Below are positions 19,811-30,272 of a stretch of DNA of 64,000 nt, piece by piece (the stretch's first letter is position 1; each line of letters begins with the position of its first letter). Origin of the DNA: Alphaproteobacteria bacterium (GTDB lineage Bacteria > Pseudomonadota > Alphaproteobacteria > UBA2966); the NCBI GenBank assembly GCA_964291395.2, contig OZ219856.1, positions 416,001 to 480,000 on the forward strand, given 5' to 3'. Both the position numbers and the translations under genes were made by a program. The notes beneath the pieces are model-generated. The model did not search any database. It was given only the letters and a program-made list of their open reading frames with translations, and was not told the DNA's origin.

Positions 19811-22564
19811 TTACTCGGCCGCGACGTTCGCCTCGAGCTTCTCCACTTTTGCCGCGCAGTACTTGAATTCGGGGATCTTGCCGAACGGGTCGAGCGCCGC
19901 GTTGGTCAGCAGGTTTGCCGCGGCTTCCACGAAGGCGAAGGGGACGAAAACGGTCCCGGGCGGCACGCCTGAGTCGATGCGGGCCGCGAGCTCGATCGTC
20001 CCGCGGCGGGTCGAGACCCGCACGTGATCGCCCCCCTTGGCGCCCACGCCCCGCAGATCCTGCGGAGCCATGTGGCAGACGGCCTCGGGTTCGATCGTGT
20101 CGAGAACGCTGGCTCGCCTGGTTATGGCGCCGGTATGCCAGTGTTCGAGGACGCGCCCCGTGGTCAGGATCATCGGATAGTCCTCGTCGGGCTGCTCGTC
20201 CGGCGGAATGATCCCGGCAGGCACGAACCTGCCGCGGCCGGACGGCGTCGGATAGCCGTCACCGAAGATGATCGGCTTCCCCGGATCGTCCTCCGAAGCG
20301 CACGGATAGGTGACGGCACTATCCCGCCACAGTCGCTCCCACGAAATTCCCTTGATGCTGTTCATGCATTCCCGCATTTCCTCGTAGACATCCGCGGGGC
20401 CGGTGTAGTTCCAGTCGAGTCCGATGCGACGGGCGATCTCCTGGATGATCCACCAGTCCTGGCGCGCGTCGCCGGGCATGGGCAGCGCCGAGCGCCCCAT
20501 CTGGACCTGTCGGTTCGTGTTCGTGACCGTTCCATCCTTCTCCGGCCACGCCGAGGCCGGCAGGACGACGTCGGCGAACATCGCCGTTTCGGTCATGAAG
20601 ATGTCCTGAACGACGAGATGTTCAAGCCGGGCCAGCGCTTCGCGTGCGTGACTCACGTCGGGATCCGACATGGCCGGGTTTTCGCCCATGATGTAAAGGG
20701 CCCTGATGTCGCCGTCGTAGGCGGCGTTGGCGATCTCGACCACCGTGAGACCCCGATTCGGATCGAGTTCCGCATCCCAGTACTTCTCGAACCTTTCCTT
20801 GGCTTCCGGGCTGTCGACGGCTTGATAGTCGGGGTAGACGATTGGGATGAGACCCGCGTCCGAGGCGCCCTGAACGTTGTTCTGGCCGCGCAGTGGATGA
20901 AGGCCGGTGCCTGGTCTCCCGACCTGACCCGTCATCAGGGCGAGCGATATCAGGCACCGCGCGTTGTCCGTCCCGTGGACATGCTGCGAGATCCCCATGC
21001 CCCAGAAGATCATCGCCGAGCGGGCGTTGCCGATGATCTCCGCGACCGTCCGAATCGTGTCGGGGTCGATGCCGCAGATCGGTGCCATCGCCTCGGGCGA
21101 GAACGCCTTCAGATGCTCCTTGAGTTCGTCGAACCCGTCGGTGAAGCCTGCGATGTAGTTCTCGTCATAAAGCCCCCGTTCCGTGATCACGTGCATGATG
21201 GCGTTGAGCAGCGCCACGTCCGAACCGCTCTTGAATTGCAGCATGTGGGTCGCGTGCCGCGACAAGGCCTGGCCGCGCGGGTCCATGACGATCAGTTTCA
21301 CGCCGTTCTTGGTCGCGTTCTTGAAGAACGTGGCCGCGACGGGATGGTTGACGGTGGGATTGGCGCCCGTGACGACGATCACGTCCGCATTGGTCGCTTC
21401 GGTAAAGGGCGCGGTGACCGCACCGGATCCGACGCACTCCAGCAGCGCCGCCACCGAGGAGGCGTGACAGAGGCGTGTACAGTGGTCGACGTTGTTGGTG
21501 CCGAACCCCACGCGTACCAGCTTCTGAACGAGGTAGGCTTCTTCGTTCGATCCCTTGGCCGAGCCGAAGCCTGCCATGGCCTGGCCACCGTGCTCGTCGC
21601 GAATGCGTTTCAAGCCCGAGGCGGCGAGATCGAGCGCCTCCTCCCAGGTCGCTTCGCGGAAATGAGTCAACGGATTCATCGGGTCGATTTCCAGGGACGT
21701 GTCCTTGCCGACACCTTCCTTGCGGATGAGCGGCTTGGTCAGGCGGCCGGGGTGGGCGACGTAGTCGAATCCATAGCGGCCCTTGACGCACAGCCGCCCA
21801 TGATTGGCGGGCCCGTCGCGGCCGTCCACGGATAGGATCTTGTCATCCTTGATGTTGTAGGTGATCTGGCAGCCGACACCGCAGTAAGGGCAGACACTGT
21901 CCACCCGGCGGTCGATTTCCTCCTTGCCGACCTCCGCGGCGGGCATCAGCGCGCCGGTGGGACAGGCTTGTACGCATTCGCCGCAGCCCACGCAGGTACT
22001 CTCCCCCATGGGGTCGTCGAAGTCGAAGACGATCTTGGCGTGGTGTCCCCGGTAGGCCATGCCGATCACGTCGTTGACCTGCATCTCGCGGCAGGCTCGG
22101 ACGCACAGATTGCAGTGGATGCAGGCGTCAAGATTGACGGCCATTGCGGGGTGGCTCACGTCGGCCGTCGGGCCCGTTCGGACCGGGAAGCGGCTTTCCC
22201 GCGTGCCCATTTCGTCGGCCCACTGCCACAGCCGCGACTTCGGATCGTGGGCCGACTCCCGTGGTGGCTGGTCCGCCAGCAGCAGTTCCATGACCATGGC
22301 GCGGGCCGTCGTCGCCCGCTCGCTCGCGGTGTTCACGATCATGCCTTCGGCGGGTTTGCGGATGCACGACGCGGCCAGTACGCGCTCACCCTCGATCTCG
22401 ATCATGCAGGCGCGGCAGTTGCCGTCCGCCCGATAAAGGGGCGCCGTCGACCAGCAGAGGTGGGGAATGTCCGTGTCGTACCGTGCCGCAACCTGCCAGA
22501 TGCTCTCTCCGGGCCGGGCCGTGACTTCCTGGCCGTCGAGGGTAAAGGTGACCGTATCGGTCAT
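19811..22564 (-). CDS. fdhF: NAD-linked Mo/W formate dehydrogenase alpha subunit
   Basis: N-terminal 2Fe-2S/4Fe-4S motifs, CPYCGVGC, DHCTRLCHAS (Cys type), LRGQNNVQG. Confidence 0.93.
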   Translation of the reverse strand: MTDTVTFTLDGQEVTARPGESIWQVAARYDTDIPHLCWSTAPLYRADGNCRACMIEIEGERVLAASCIRKPAEGMIVNTASERATTARAMVMELLLADQPPRESAHDPKSRLWQWADEMGTRESRFPVRTGPTADVSHPAMAVNLDACIHCNLCVRACREMQVNDVIGMAYRGHHAKIVFDFDDPMGESTCVGCGECVQACPTGALMPAAEVGKEEIDRRVDSVCPYCGVGCQITYNIKDDKILSVDGRDGPANHGRLCVKGRYGFDYVAHPGRLTKPLIRKEGVGKDTSLEIDPMNPLTHFREATWEEALDLAASGLKRIRDEHGGQAMAGFGSAKGSNEEAYLVQKLVRVGFGTNNVDHCTRLCHASSVAALLECVGSGAVTAPFTEATNADVIVVTGANPTVNHPVAATFFKNATKNGVKLIVMDPRGQALSRHATHMLQFKSGSDVALLNAIMHVITERGLYDENYIAGFTDGFDELKEHLKAFSPEAMAPICGIDPDTIRTVAEIIGNARSAMIFWGMGISQHVHGTDNARCLISLALMTGQVGRPGTGLHPLRGQNNVQGASDAGLIPIVYPDYQAVDSPEAKERFEKYWDAELDPNRGLTVVEIANAAYDGDIRALYIMGENPAMSDPDVSHAREALARLEHLVVQDIFMTETAMFADVVLPASAWPEKDGTVTNTNRQVQMGRSALPMPGDARQDWWIIQEIARRIGLDWNYTGPADVYEEMRECMNSIKGISWERLWRDSAVTYPCASEDDPGKPIIFGDGYPTPSGRGRFVPAGIIPPDEQPDEDYPMILTTGRVLEHWHTGAITRRASVLDTIEPEAVCHMAPQDLRGVGAKGGDHVRVSTRRGTIELAARIDSGVPPGTVFVPFAFVEAAANLLTNAALDPFGKIPEFKYCAAKVEKLEANVAAE

Positions 22565-24261
22565 GTGACTTCCTCCGGAAAAAACTCGAGGACGTGCTTG
22601 AGCGGGTTGGGGGCCGCCTGACCCAGCCCGCAAATCGAGGCGTCCACCATGCATTGCCCGAGTTCTTCGAGCAACGGGGTGTCCCACGCGGGTTGCTGCA
22701 TCAGCTTGACGGCCTTTTCCGTGCCGACCCGGCAAGGCGTGCATTGACCGCAGCTCTCGTCCTCGAAGAACCGCATGAGATTGAGGGCGCTGGCCCTCAC
22801 GCTGTCCGCCTGGGACAAGACGACGACGGCCGCGGACCCGATCAAGCCTCCGTGTTCCTCGAGGGTGCCGAAATCGAGCGGCACGTCGGCGAGTGACGCG
22901 GGCAGGATCCCGCCGGATGCTCCGCCCGGCAGGTAAGCTTTGAACAGATGGCCGTCCGCCATCCCGCCGCAGTACTCGTCGATCAATTCGCGCGCGGTGA
23001 TGCCTGCCGGCGCGAACTTGACACCGGGGTCTTTGACCCGGCCCGAAACGGAGAACGACCTCGGTCCCTTGCAGCCGTTTCGTCCCTGGTCCGCGTACCA
23101 ATGCGCCCCGCGCTCGAGAATGTCGCGCACCCAGTAAAGCGTCTCGGCGTTGTTGATCAGCGTGGGGCGGCCGAACAGTCCGACCTGAGAAGGAAACGGC
23201 GGTTTGTGACGGGGCAATCCGCGCTTGCCTTCGATACTCTCCAGCATCGCCGATTCCTCGCCGCAGATATAGGCGCCCGCGCCCCGGCGAACGTGGATCG
23301 TCACGCCATCCGCCAGCCCTTCCGCGCCAATGCGGCCGAGTTCGGCCATCAACAGCTTGCGGACGGCAGGGTACTCGTCACGCAAGTAGATGTAGACGTC
23401 TTCCGCTTCGACGACCCAGGCGGCGATCAGCATGCCTTCGAGGAATCGATGGGGATCCGTCTCGAGATAGTGTCGGTCCTTGAAAGTTCCGGGCTCCCCT
23501 TCATCGGCATTGATGGCCATGAGCCGCGGCCGGGGTTCCTGCCGGACGAACTGCCATTTGCGGGCCGTGGGAAATCCGGCGCCGCCTAGACCCCGAAGAC
23601 CGCTTTGTTCGATGCATTCGAGGACGTCTTCGACGGATTTGTCGCCGCCGATGCATGCCTTAAGGGCCGAATAGCCGCCGTGTGCCACGTAGTCGTCGAA
23701 TCCGATGTACGCGGCCATCGCTTCGTCGGTCTCGCCGTTGTTGACCGCGCGGCTGACCGTTTCGACGTTTGCCTGCTTCATGTAGTTGTGTCCCACGCAG
23801 GCGACGGGAGCGCCCTCGCACCGTCCCATACACGGGCCGGGCACGACCCGCACGTCCTCACCCAATCCCTGTCTGAGTTCCTCGATGAGGCGCGGCGCTC
23901 CAAACAGTTCGCAGGTTAGGCTGTCGCAAACCCGGACCGTGATCTCGGGCAGGGTGGCGTCGTCGTCGATCACGTCCCAATGCGCATAGAAGGTGGCCGT
24001 CTCGAATACCTCCGCCATCGGCAGCCGCAGGTCGTGGGCGAGCGCCGCCAAGTGGCGGTGGGAGAGGCGGTTGTAGCGATCCTGGATGAGATGCAAGTAC
24101 TCGATCAGGAGGTCGCGCCGCCGAGGCGTGCCGCCAAGCAGCGCCTGGATTTCCTGCACAGCTTCGGGATCGACCTGCCGGCCCTTCAGGAAGGGGCGGG
24201 CCTTGCCGCGCCGGGCACCCGGGCTCTGCATTTTGCCACTGAACTTCTCCGATCCCGGCAT
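22561..24261 (-). CDS. formate dehydrogenase diaphorase subunit (NuoE+NuoF fusion)
   Basis: GLGGAGFP, NADEGEPGTFKD, GAGAYICGEE and ESCGQCTPCR motifs. Confidence 0.9.
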   Translation of the reverse strand: MPGSEKFSGKMQSPGARRGKARPFLKGRQVDPEAVQEIQALLGGTPRRRDLLIEYLHLIQDRYNRLSHRHLAALAHDLRLPMAEVFETATFYAHWDVIDDDATLPEITVRVCDSLTCELFGAPRLIEELRQGLGEDVRVVPGPCMGRCEGAPVACVGHNYMKQANVETVSRAVNNGETDEAMAAYIGFDDYVAHGGYSALKACIGGDKSVEDVLECIEQSGLRGLGGAGFPTARKWQFVRQEPRPRLMAINADEGEPGTFKDRHYLETDPHRFLEGMLIAAWVVEAEDVYIYLRDEYPAVRKLLMAELGRIGAEGLADGVTIHVRRGAGAYICGEESAMLESIEGKRGLPRHKPPFPSQVGLFGRPTLINNAETLYWVRDILERGAHWYADQGRNGCKGPRSFSVSGRVKDPGVKFAPAGITARELIDEYCGGMADGHLFKAYLPGGASGGILPASLADVPLDFGTLEEHGGLIGSAAVVVLSQADSVRASALNLMRFFEDESCGQCTPCRVGTEKAVKLMQQPAWDTPLLEELGQCMVDASICGLGQAAPNPLKHVLEFFPEEVT

Positions 24262-24536
24262 ATTTCCTCACAGGGCCCTGGTGCAAATCGAGACGACCGG
24301 CTCCAGGCGATGGGCCGGACGATCACGCATGCTAGTTTCGTTCTTGTCCATTCTCAAACCACGAGGCTTTGCATCGGCGTCACGGGAACCCATACCGGCT
24401 CCCTTGTATTTCGCCAAATCGGCCATACGCTCTCGTTTCCATGCCATTATTCTACATGGACCTTGCGGTACGCATAAGCGAAATCACCAATTAAGAAAAT
24501 TTTTCGGTGATTCGGACGCTCGGCAGGCACGGAACG

Positions 24537-24740
24537 TCATGAAGGCGGAGAACTGCCCGCGGCGGGAGAGGCGGCCCGGACGACCGTCAGCGAAACCACG
24601 TCCGTGTTGATCAGCTTCTTGCCCGCGTGCTCAAAGTTCGTCGTCACGCGGTTGCCGACGGCGGACTGTACCTGCCCGAGGCCCCATTCCGGATGCTCGG
24701 GGTGGCGCACGAAGGTCCCGGGTGTGAGATCCGTGAACAT
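24537..24740 (-). CDS. DUF3553-like small protein
   Basis: VRHP..P.WGLGQVQS..G.RVT.NFEHAGK pattern. Confidence 0.75.
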   Translation of the reverse strand: MFTDLTPGTFVRHPEHPEWGLGQVQSAVGNRVTTNFEHAGKKLINTDVVSLTVVRAASPAAGSSPPS

Positions 24741-24916
24741 GGAGGTCACTCGATCGGCGGCGTCATGGCCGTAGATGTCGATGGCGAGTAGAATTACCTG
24801 GTTTTCATAGCACATATTCGCTCCGTATGCCGGCGCCCTCGTGGCCGGCACGACGGGAGCGGTCGCGGAGCTTCCGCAGGCACCGATCACGGCTTGGGCA
24901 TCTCGGGGAGGAGCGG

Positions 24917-25444
24917 ATGAGTCGGTTTTTTGGAGAGATCCGTCAAAACGGCTATGTCGTTCGTGACATCCAGGCGGCGATGACGCACTGGATTGACGTC
25001 ATCGGCGTAGGGCCATGGTTCTACACCGAGCGGTTCCCGTTTCACGGCTTTCGGTACAAGGGGCAGGCTTCCGACCCGCACGTCTCCATTGCGCTCGCGA
25101 ACTCCGGCCCTCTGCAGATCGAGCTGATCCAGCAGCGCAACGATGCGCCCTCCATGTTCAAGGACTTCATCGATGCGGGACGTGAAGGGCTGCAGCATGT
25201 GGCGTACTGGCCGGAGGATATCGACGGGCTCCTCGATCCCCTGTTGAAGCGGGGATACACCATTGGACAGACCGCGCAGGTCGGCCGGCTGGGACGGTTC
25301 GTCTACCTGGAGACGGAGACGCACCCCGGCACCGTCGTCGAGGTCTCCCATCTGACTCCGACGCGCAGGGCGGCGTTCGACCGGGTGCGAGAGGCGTCCA
25401 GGAACTGGGACGGCAGCGACCCGATCCGCGAGATCTCGCTTTGA
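24917..25444 (+). CDS. VOC family protein (methylmalonyl-CoA epimerase-like)
   Basis: QNGYVVRD, QIELIQ and GLQHVAY motifs. Confidence 0.82.
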   Translation: MSRFFGEIRQNGYVVRDIQAAMTHWIDVIGVGPWFYTERFPFHGFRYKGQASDPHVSIALANSGPLQIELIQQRNDAPSMFKDFIDAGREGLQHVAYWPEDIDGLLDPLLKRGYTIGQTAQVGRLGRFVYLETETHPGTVVEVSHLTPTRRAAFDRVREASRNWDGSDPIREISL

Positions 25445-26329
25445 TCAGCCGGCGAAGAACGCCTCGCGAATGCCGGTGGCGCCCGTCCCCTGGATGGCGA
25501 ACAGGGCGCCGGCCAGCGGGGAGGCCTCGTTGTCGCCCGGCTCGATCTCCCAGGACAGAGACGTGACGTAGATGACGTCGAGGTCGGTCCCGCCGAACGT
25601 GCACATGGTCGGGTAGCGGATCGGCATTTGTATCGTCCGCATCAGCTTTCCGCTCGGGTCGTATTGGGCGACCTCCCAGCCGTCGATGTGTGCGGCCCAG
25701 TAACAGCCGTCGGTGTCGACGGTGGCGCCGTCGATGCGTCCTTGCTTGCCCTCTCGTGAGATGAACTCCCGCCGGTTGGCGATGTCGCCCGTCGCGATGT
25801 CGAAATCGTAGGCGTACACCACGCGTCCTCGGGAGTCGGAGTAGTACATGGTCTCGTTGTCGGGACTCCAGGCGATTCCGTTGGTGACGAAAAAGCCTTC
25901 GTCCATCACCGTGCAGGTGAGATCGGTGTCGAGCCGCACCAGCTTTCCCAGCCTGTCGTTGAAGGTCGTGTCCATGGTCCCGCTCCAGTAACGCCCGGCC
26001 CGGTCGCACTTGCCGTCGTTGAGGCGGGTGATCGGATTGTCGGGGTCGGGATTGGCGATCGGCGTAACATCGCCGGTATCCAAGTCGATGAAGCTGAAAC
26101 CCCTCTCCCACAATCCCGCGACGATCCCGCCTTTCTCGCGGAACACCATGGAGCCGATCGTCTCCGGCACGTCCCAGGTCGTCACGTCGCCGGTCGCCGG
26201 ATCGACACGGTGCACCGCCGGTCTGTCGGCGTCGACCCAGTAGAGCGTGTTCTCCTTCCAGTTCCAGATTGGCCCTTCGCCAAGGATGTCGGGTCCCTCC
26301 CAGACGCATTCGACTTCGGCTTCGGCCAC
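25445..26329 (-). CDS. SMP-30/gluconolactonase family protein
   Basis: LGEGP.W, RLNDGKCD..GR.W.GTM, NGIAWSPD and DG..VD..G.YW motifs. Confidence 0.9.
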   Translation of the reverse strand: MAEAEVECVWEGPDILGEGPIWNWKENTLYWVDADRPAVHRVDPATGDVTTWDVPETIGSMVFREKGGIVAGLWERGFSFIDLDTGDVTPIANPDPDNPITRLNDGKCDRAGRYWSGTMDTTFNDRLGKLVRLDTDLTCTVMDEGFFVTNGIAWSPDNETMYYSDSRGRVVYAYDFDIATGDIANRREFISREGKQGRIDGATVDTDGCYWAAHIDGWEVAQYDPSGKLMRTIQMPIRYPTMCTFGGTDLDVIYVTSLSWEIEPGDNEASPLAGALFAIQGTGATGIREAFFAG

Positions 26330-26491
26330 GGTATCCTCCTCTTACGGCGGTCATCTGTCGGTATGCTAGAGCGGTTCCCGTTCGACTGGAAGCGCTCCGG
26401 CGTTGTCTGTTGTCCGCCACGTGGGAGCGGGTTGCGCTTCCGCCAAAGGAGGATCGCCCGGGCGTTCGGCGGGCGCGGCCGGTGGCGAGCG

Positions 26492-27835
26492 TCAGAGCCC
26501 GTTCGCCGCGATGAAGTCGTCGATCCGATCGAGCAGTTCGCCGAAGCGCGGATTGTAGGTCAGCCGCGCCAGCGGCTCCCCGTCGGGGACCGCCGCCCGG
26601 TTGTCGCCGAACACCTCGCCGCGCCAGGGGTGCGGGGCCGCGAGGCAGCGGGCGACCGCATCGGCGCTCTCGCCGGAGCTCTGACCGCAGCTTCGATAGT
26701 CGCCGTCCGCGCCGTAATGCGCGTTGCCCGGCGCGATATGGATGGATTGATGGGAGAAGCCGGCGATCCTTTGTTCAGGCAGGAGACTGTTGGCGTAGCG
26801 GATGCGCACGTCGGCCGGATCCACCCCCTCTCGCGGGTCCCGGCGGTACACAACCAGCCGGCTGCCCGGATGGGAGAAGCGGGTCTCGAACCAGGCGCGG
26901 TTGGTGGCCACGTCGATGACGGGGTCGTCGGCGCTCTGCGCCATGAACACGGGCGCGGCGACGCTGCGTCGTTCCAGCGACCGCGCCAGCTCCCGGGTGA
27001 GCAGGAAGGTCTCCGCGGTGGCGTTCACCGGCATCGCCTCGTAGCGCGCATAGTCGTCCGGCGGGTCCCGGTCCAGCCAGTCGAGGACATGGCGCAGCCA
27101 GACCGTCTGGCGGACCAGCCAGGCGCGCTCGAGCGCGAGGGCGGGCGAGAACACGAAGGCGCCCTCCACCGCGGGATCGTCGAGCAAGGCGTGGATGGAA
27201 AGCAGTCCTCCGAGCGAGAAGCCGCCGACGAAGACCGCGTCGGCGTCCCTTTTCAGCGTGGTCAGACCGAACCGGGTCGCGGCCAGCCAGTCGCCGCGCC
27301 TCGCATCGAGCAGGTCTCCCGGCCGCGTGCCGTGTCCCGGCAGCAGCATCGCCCGGACCAGAAAGCAGCGCGCGGCGAACGCATCGGCCAGGTCCCGCAT
27401 CGCCAGGGGCATGTCGGCCAGGCCGTGCAGGAGCAGAACGCCCCGGCCCGAGCGGCCGCTCGGCGCTAACGGACAACCCTCGGCGGGTGCCCGCTCGAAG
27501 GGCGAGGCGGCGGCGAGCTCCATCGCTGTCCGACCGGGATTCACGTACACCTTGTGGCGTTCGAGCCTCTCGCGCGTTTGTCGGACGTAGTCGTCGAAGT
27601 CGCGATAACGGGTCGGATCGAACGGCAACCCCTCCCCGGAGAGCTCGAACCGTGCATCGTCGGCGCTGCGGCCCTGGGACGATGCATCGGCGGGAAACGG
27701 CTGGCCGGTCGCAACGAGGCACACCGCGAGAAACATGCCGGCCGGGCCGGCGCGCGGGCGATGCCGAAGGAACCGGACGGCGGTCTTCCCGGGCGGCCAT
27801 TCGCTCCGCCGAGCGGACGGGAATCGCAGCCTCAA
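26492..27835 (-). CDS. secreted alpha/beta hydrolase (esterase-like); start uncertain
   Basis: LLHGL, LPGHGT, GFSLGG, DDPVID and SH triad-like motifs; hydrophobic signal-like segment MFLAVCLVA. Confidence 0.75.
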   Translation of the reverse strand: MRLRFPSARRSEWPPGKTAVRFLRHRPRAGPAGMFLAVCLVATGQPFPADASSQGRSADDARFELSGEGLPFDPTRYRDFDDYVRQTRERLERHKVYVNPGRTAMELAAASPFERAPAEGCPLAPSGRSGRGVLLLHGLADMPLAMRDLADAFAARCFLVRAMLLPGHGTRPGDLLDARRGDWLAATRFGLTTLKRDADAVFVGGFSLGGLLSIHALLDDPAVEGAFVFSPALALERAWLVRQTVWLRHVLDWLDRDPPDDYARYEAMPVNATAETFLLTRELARSLERRSVAAPVFMAQSADDPVIDVATNRAWFETRFSHPGSRLVVYRRDPREGVDPADVRIRYANSLLPEQRIAGFSHQSIHIAPGNAHYGADGDYRSCGQSSGESADAVARCLAAPHPWRGEVFGDNRAAVPDGEPLARLTYNPRFGELLDRIDDFIAANGL

Positions 27836-27899
27836 GGTGTCTTCAAGTATTTGAATACCCTATATCCGATGGCGGTCGGCCCGGGAACGATTGCATCGA

Positions 27900-28083
27900 G
27901 CGGACGCGCCGGTAACCTGCTCTTTGCGGGTTGCGCCGCAGAGACGCAGTGGAGGAGGCGCCTTTTGCGACGCTCAAAGTCGAAGGGCTCCACTGTGACT
28001 GTGAACTTTCTGGCGCCGAAATCCACTTCGTAGTCGGAAATCACGCCGATTCTCAAGAGTCGATATAGGGCCTTGTCGTTTCA
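27900..28083 (-). pseudogene. fragment resembling the C-terminal region of large RecQ-like helicases
   Basis: DKALYRLLRIGVISDYEVDFG in a lower-GC intergenic patch; similarity recalled from memory only. Confidence 0.3.
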
Positions 28084-28125
28084 CGTCGCCTCCGGTGCAG
28101 AAGAACCGGTCGCCCGGTGCGGCCT

Positions 28126-28785
28126 CTACCACGGGTGCTCGCGTCCGTCCCAAGTCCAGAACCGGCCGTGCCGGGAGTCGTCGAGGCTGGCCATGACCTC
28201 GTAGATGCCGCGGGCGCTCTCTTCCACCGAGATCGTGGCTCGGGGACCGCCCATGTCGGTACGCACCCATCCCGGATGGATGACCACCGCGAGACAACCC
28301 TGTTCGCGCCACCTTCCCTCGAGCGCCCGGAACCGGTCGTTGAGCGCCGCCTTCGACTCGCCGTACGTCCCGAGGCTGCGGCGCGACCCGCGACGTGCGC
28401 CCAACTGGCTGGTGATGAGCGCGATCTTTCGCTGCTCGCTACGTGTGACCGCGCCCATCAGCAATTCGGTCATCTCGATCGGCGCCTCTGCGTTGACTCG
28501 GTGCACGGCTGCGGCGCTCATGCCGTCGCCCTGGACCCCCGCGTTGTGGATCAAGACGTCGATCGCCTCATCTCCCAACGCATCGCGGAATGCCCGCTGC
28601 TGCGCGGCGTCGGTCACGTCGAGTCCGTGGAGACAGACGTCGCCGGTCACCGCGCCGAGTGCCCCGGGGTTCTCCCGGGTGCGTGTCGTTGCGTGCACCC
28701 GCCACCCCTCGTCCGCGTATCGCTTGACCAGTCCCAGACCGATGCCTCGGCTTGCGCCGATCACCGCCACGGTCGGCATGCTCAT
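28126..28785 (-). CDS. short-chain dehydrogenase (CsgA/C-factor-like)
   Basis: GASRGIG, HNAG, YGESK and HPGWVRTDMGG motifs. Confidence 0.88.
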   Translation of the reverse strand: MSMPTVAVIGASRGIGLGLVKRYADEGWRVHATTRTRENPGALGAVTGDVCLHGLDVTDAAQQRAFRDALGDEAIDVLIHNAGVQGDGMSAAAVHRVNAEAPIEMTELLMGAVTRSEQRKIALITSQLGARRGSRRSLGTYGESKAALNDRFRALEGRWREQGCLAVVIHPGWVRTDMGGPRATISVEESARGIYEVMASLDDSRHGRFWTWDGREHPW

Positions 28786-28915
28786 CCTCCTCTCCGGTCC
28801 CTACACCCGGCGTGCACGGGCAACATAGCGACAAATGCAGACCTTGCGGAACACCAAGGCGCTCGCGGAGCTGAGGGCAAGGACGCGGGCGTTGCGCACT
28901 ACGCTCGCGCACCGG

Positions 28916-29317
28916 CTATTCTGACGCGACCACCCAGCCCAGGCCATCGATGATCGGGCAATCCGGCCTTTCGTCACCCTTGCAGGCGTCCACGAGATGG
29001 GCGAGCTCGTCGTGCAGCGACTGCAGCTCCCGCTGCTTCTCCGCGATCTCTTCCAGCCGCTTCGTCGCGATGCGCTTCACGTCGGCGCTGGAGCGGTTCT
29101 GGTCCTCGTAGAGGCTCAGCAGCTCACGGCACTCGTCGATCGAGAACCCGAACTCCCGCGCCCGGCGCACGAACACCAGCTTCCGCACGGAGCCGTCGTC
29201 GTATGCCCTGTATCCCGCCTCCGATCGCTCCGGCGCCGACACCAGGTCGATGTCCGCGTAGTAGCGGACCGTCTTCACCGGCAGTCCCGCTATCCTCGCC
29301 GCCGCAGAAATATTCAC
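28916..29317 (-). CDS. cueR: Cu(I)-responsive MerR-family regulator
   Basis: TVRYY..I.L, GFSIDEC and C.GDERPDCPI metal loop. Confidence 0.9.
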   Translation of the reverse strand: MNISAAARIAGLPVKTVRYYADIDLVSAPERSEAGYRAYDDGSVRKLVFVRRAREFGFSIDECRELLSLYEDQNRSSADVKRIATKRLEEIAEKQRELQSLHDELAHLVDACKGDERPDCPIIDGLGWVVASE

Positions 29318-29330
29318 CGCCGACTCCTCC

Positions 29331-29361
29331 TTGACTCTCCAGTAACTGGAAACCCTAGGTT
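29331..29361 (+). promoter_or_regulatory. CueR-dependent sigma70 promoter
   Basis: TTGACT-19bp-TAGGTT with internal dyad TCCAGT-A-ACTGGA. Confidence 0.85.
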
Positions 29362-29391
29362 GTCGCACAGGACCAATCAACCGGTATCGAC

Positions 29392-29838
29392 ATGACCGCC
29401 ATAGCCGCAAGCATTGCCATCGACTGGCGCTGCCGCCACACCTGGCGCCGGGCATCGAAGAACACGGCCTGGTGTCTCCTGGGCTGCGCCATCGGCGATT
29501 TCGGCACCATCGCCTTCTTCCAGTTCACCGGCATCCCCTGGCCCACGCTGGCGATCATGATCCTTGCGATCGTGAACGGCCTGCTGACCTCGATCGCGCT
29601 GGAGACCGTGATCCTGGCCCGCCAGATGGATCTCCGGACCGCTTTCCGGACGGCGATCGGCATGTCCTTTATCTCCATGGTTGCCATGGAGACCATGATG
29701 AATGCGGTGGACTGGGCGCTGACCGGCGGTGCGGTGCTGACCTGGTGGGTCGTGCCGCTCATGCTGGCGGCCGGCTTCGTCACCCCGCTTCCCTACAACT
29801 ACTGGCGGCTGAAGGCACTCGGACGGGCATGTCATTGA
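29392..29838 (+). CDS. DUF4396-like membrane protein
   Basis: CLLGCAIGD, MSFISMVAME and AGF..PLPYNYW motifs. Confidence 0.75.
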   Translation: MTAIAASIAIDWRCRHTWRRASKNTAWCLLGCAIGDFGTIAFFQFTGIPWPTLAIMILAIVNGLLTSIALETVILARQMDLRTAFRTAIGMSFISMVAMETMMNAVDWALTGGAVLTWWVVPLMLAAGFVTPLPYNYWRLKALGRACH

Positions 29839-30272
29839 GATGGGCCGTGATCGTGCTCGCCCCGGCCGTCGCGGTTGGTATCGGCGGGTACGTCTACGTC
29901 ACCTCTCCGGATCACCAGAGCGAACGACGGCTGGAAGCCGGCCAGGCCAATGCCGCTCTCGCCGAAGTTTCCCTGCCGGAGGCGCTGTCCGCGCGCGCGA
30001 AGCTCGGGCAACGGGCTTTCGATGCGAAGTGCGCGTCATGCCATGGCGGAAACGCCGCAGGACGGGATGGGCTGGCTCCGCCGTTGGTGCACAACATTTA
30101 CGAACCCGGCCATCACGGGGACGAGTCGTTTCAACGGGCGGTCGCCATGGGCGTCAGGGCCCACCATTGGACATTCGGGAACATGCCGCCTGTCGAGGGT
30201 CTGACCCGCGGAGACGTGTCCCTGATCGTGGCCTACATCCGGGAGCTTCAACGCGCCAACGGTATCCAATGA
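29829..30272 (+). CDS. membrane-anchored c-type cytochrome
   Basis: N-terminal TM segment, CASCH and HHW.FGNMP. Confidence 0.85.
   Translation: MSLRWAVIVLAPAVAVGIGGYVYVTSPDHQSERRLEAGQANAALAEVSLPEALSARAKLGQRAFDAKCASCHGGNAAGRDGLAPPLVHNIYEPGHHGDESFQRAVAMGVRAHHWTFGNMPPVEGLTRGDVSLIVAYIRELQRANGIQ

Noticed and set aside
19811-22564. FDH alpha as a selenoprotein
   Set aside because: The active site reads DHCTRLCHAS with a Cys codon, and the ORF is uninterrupted
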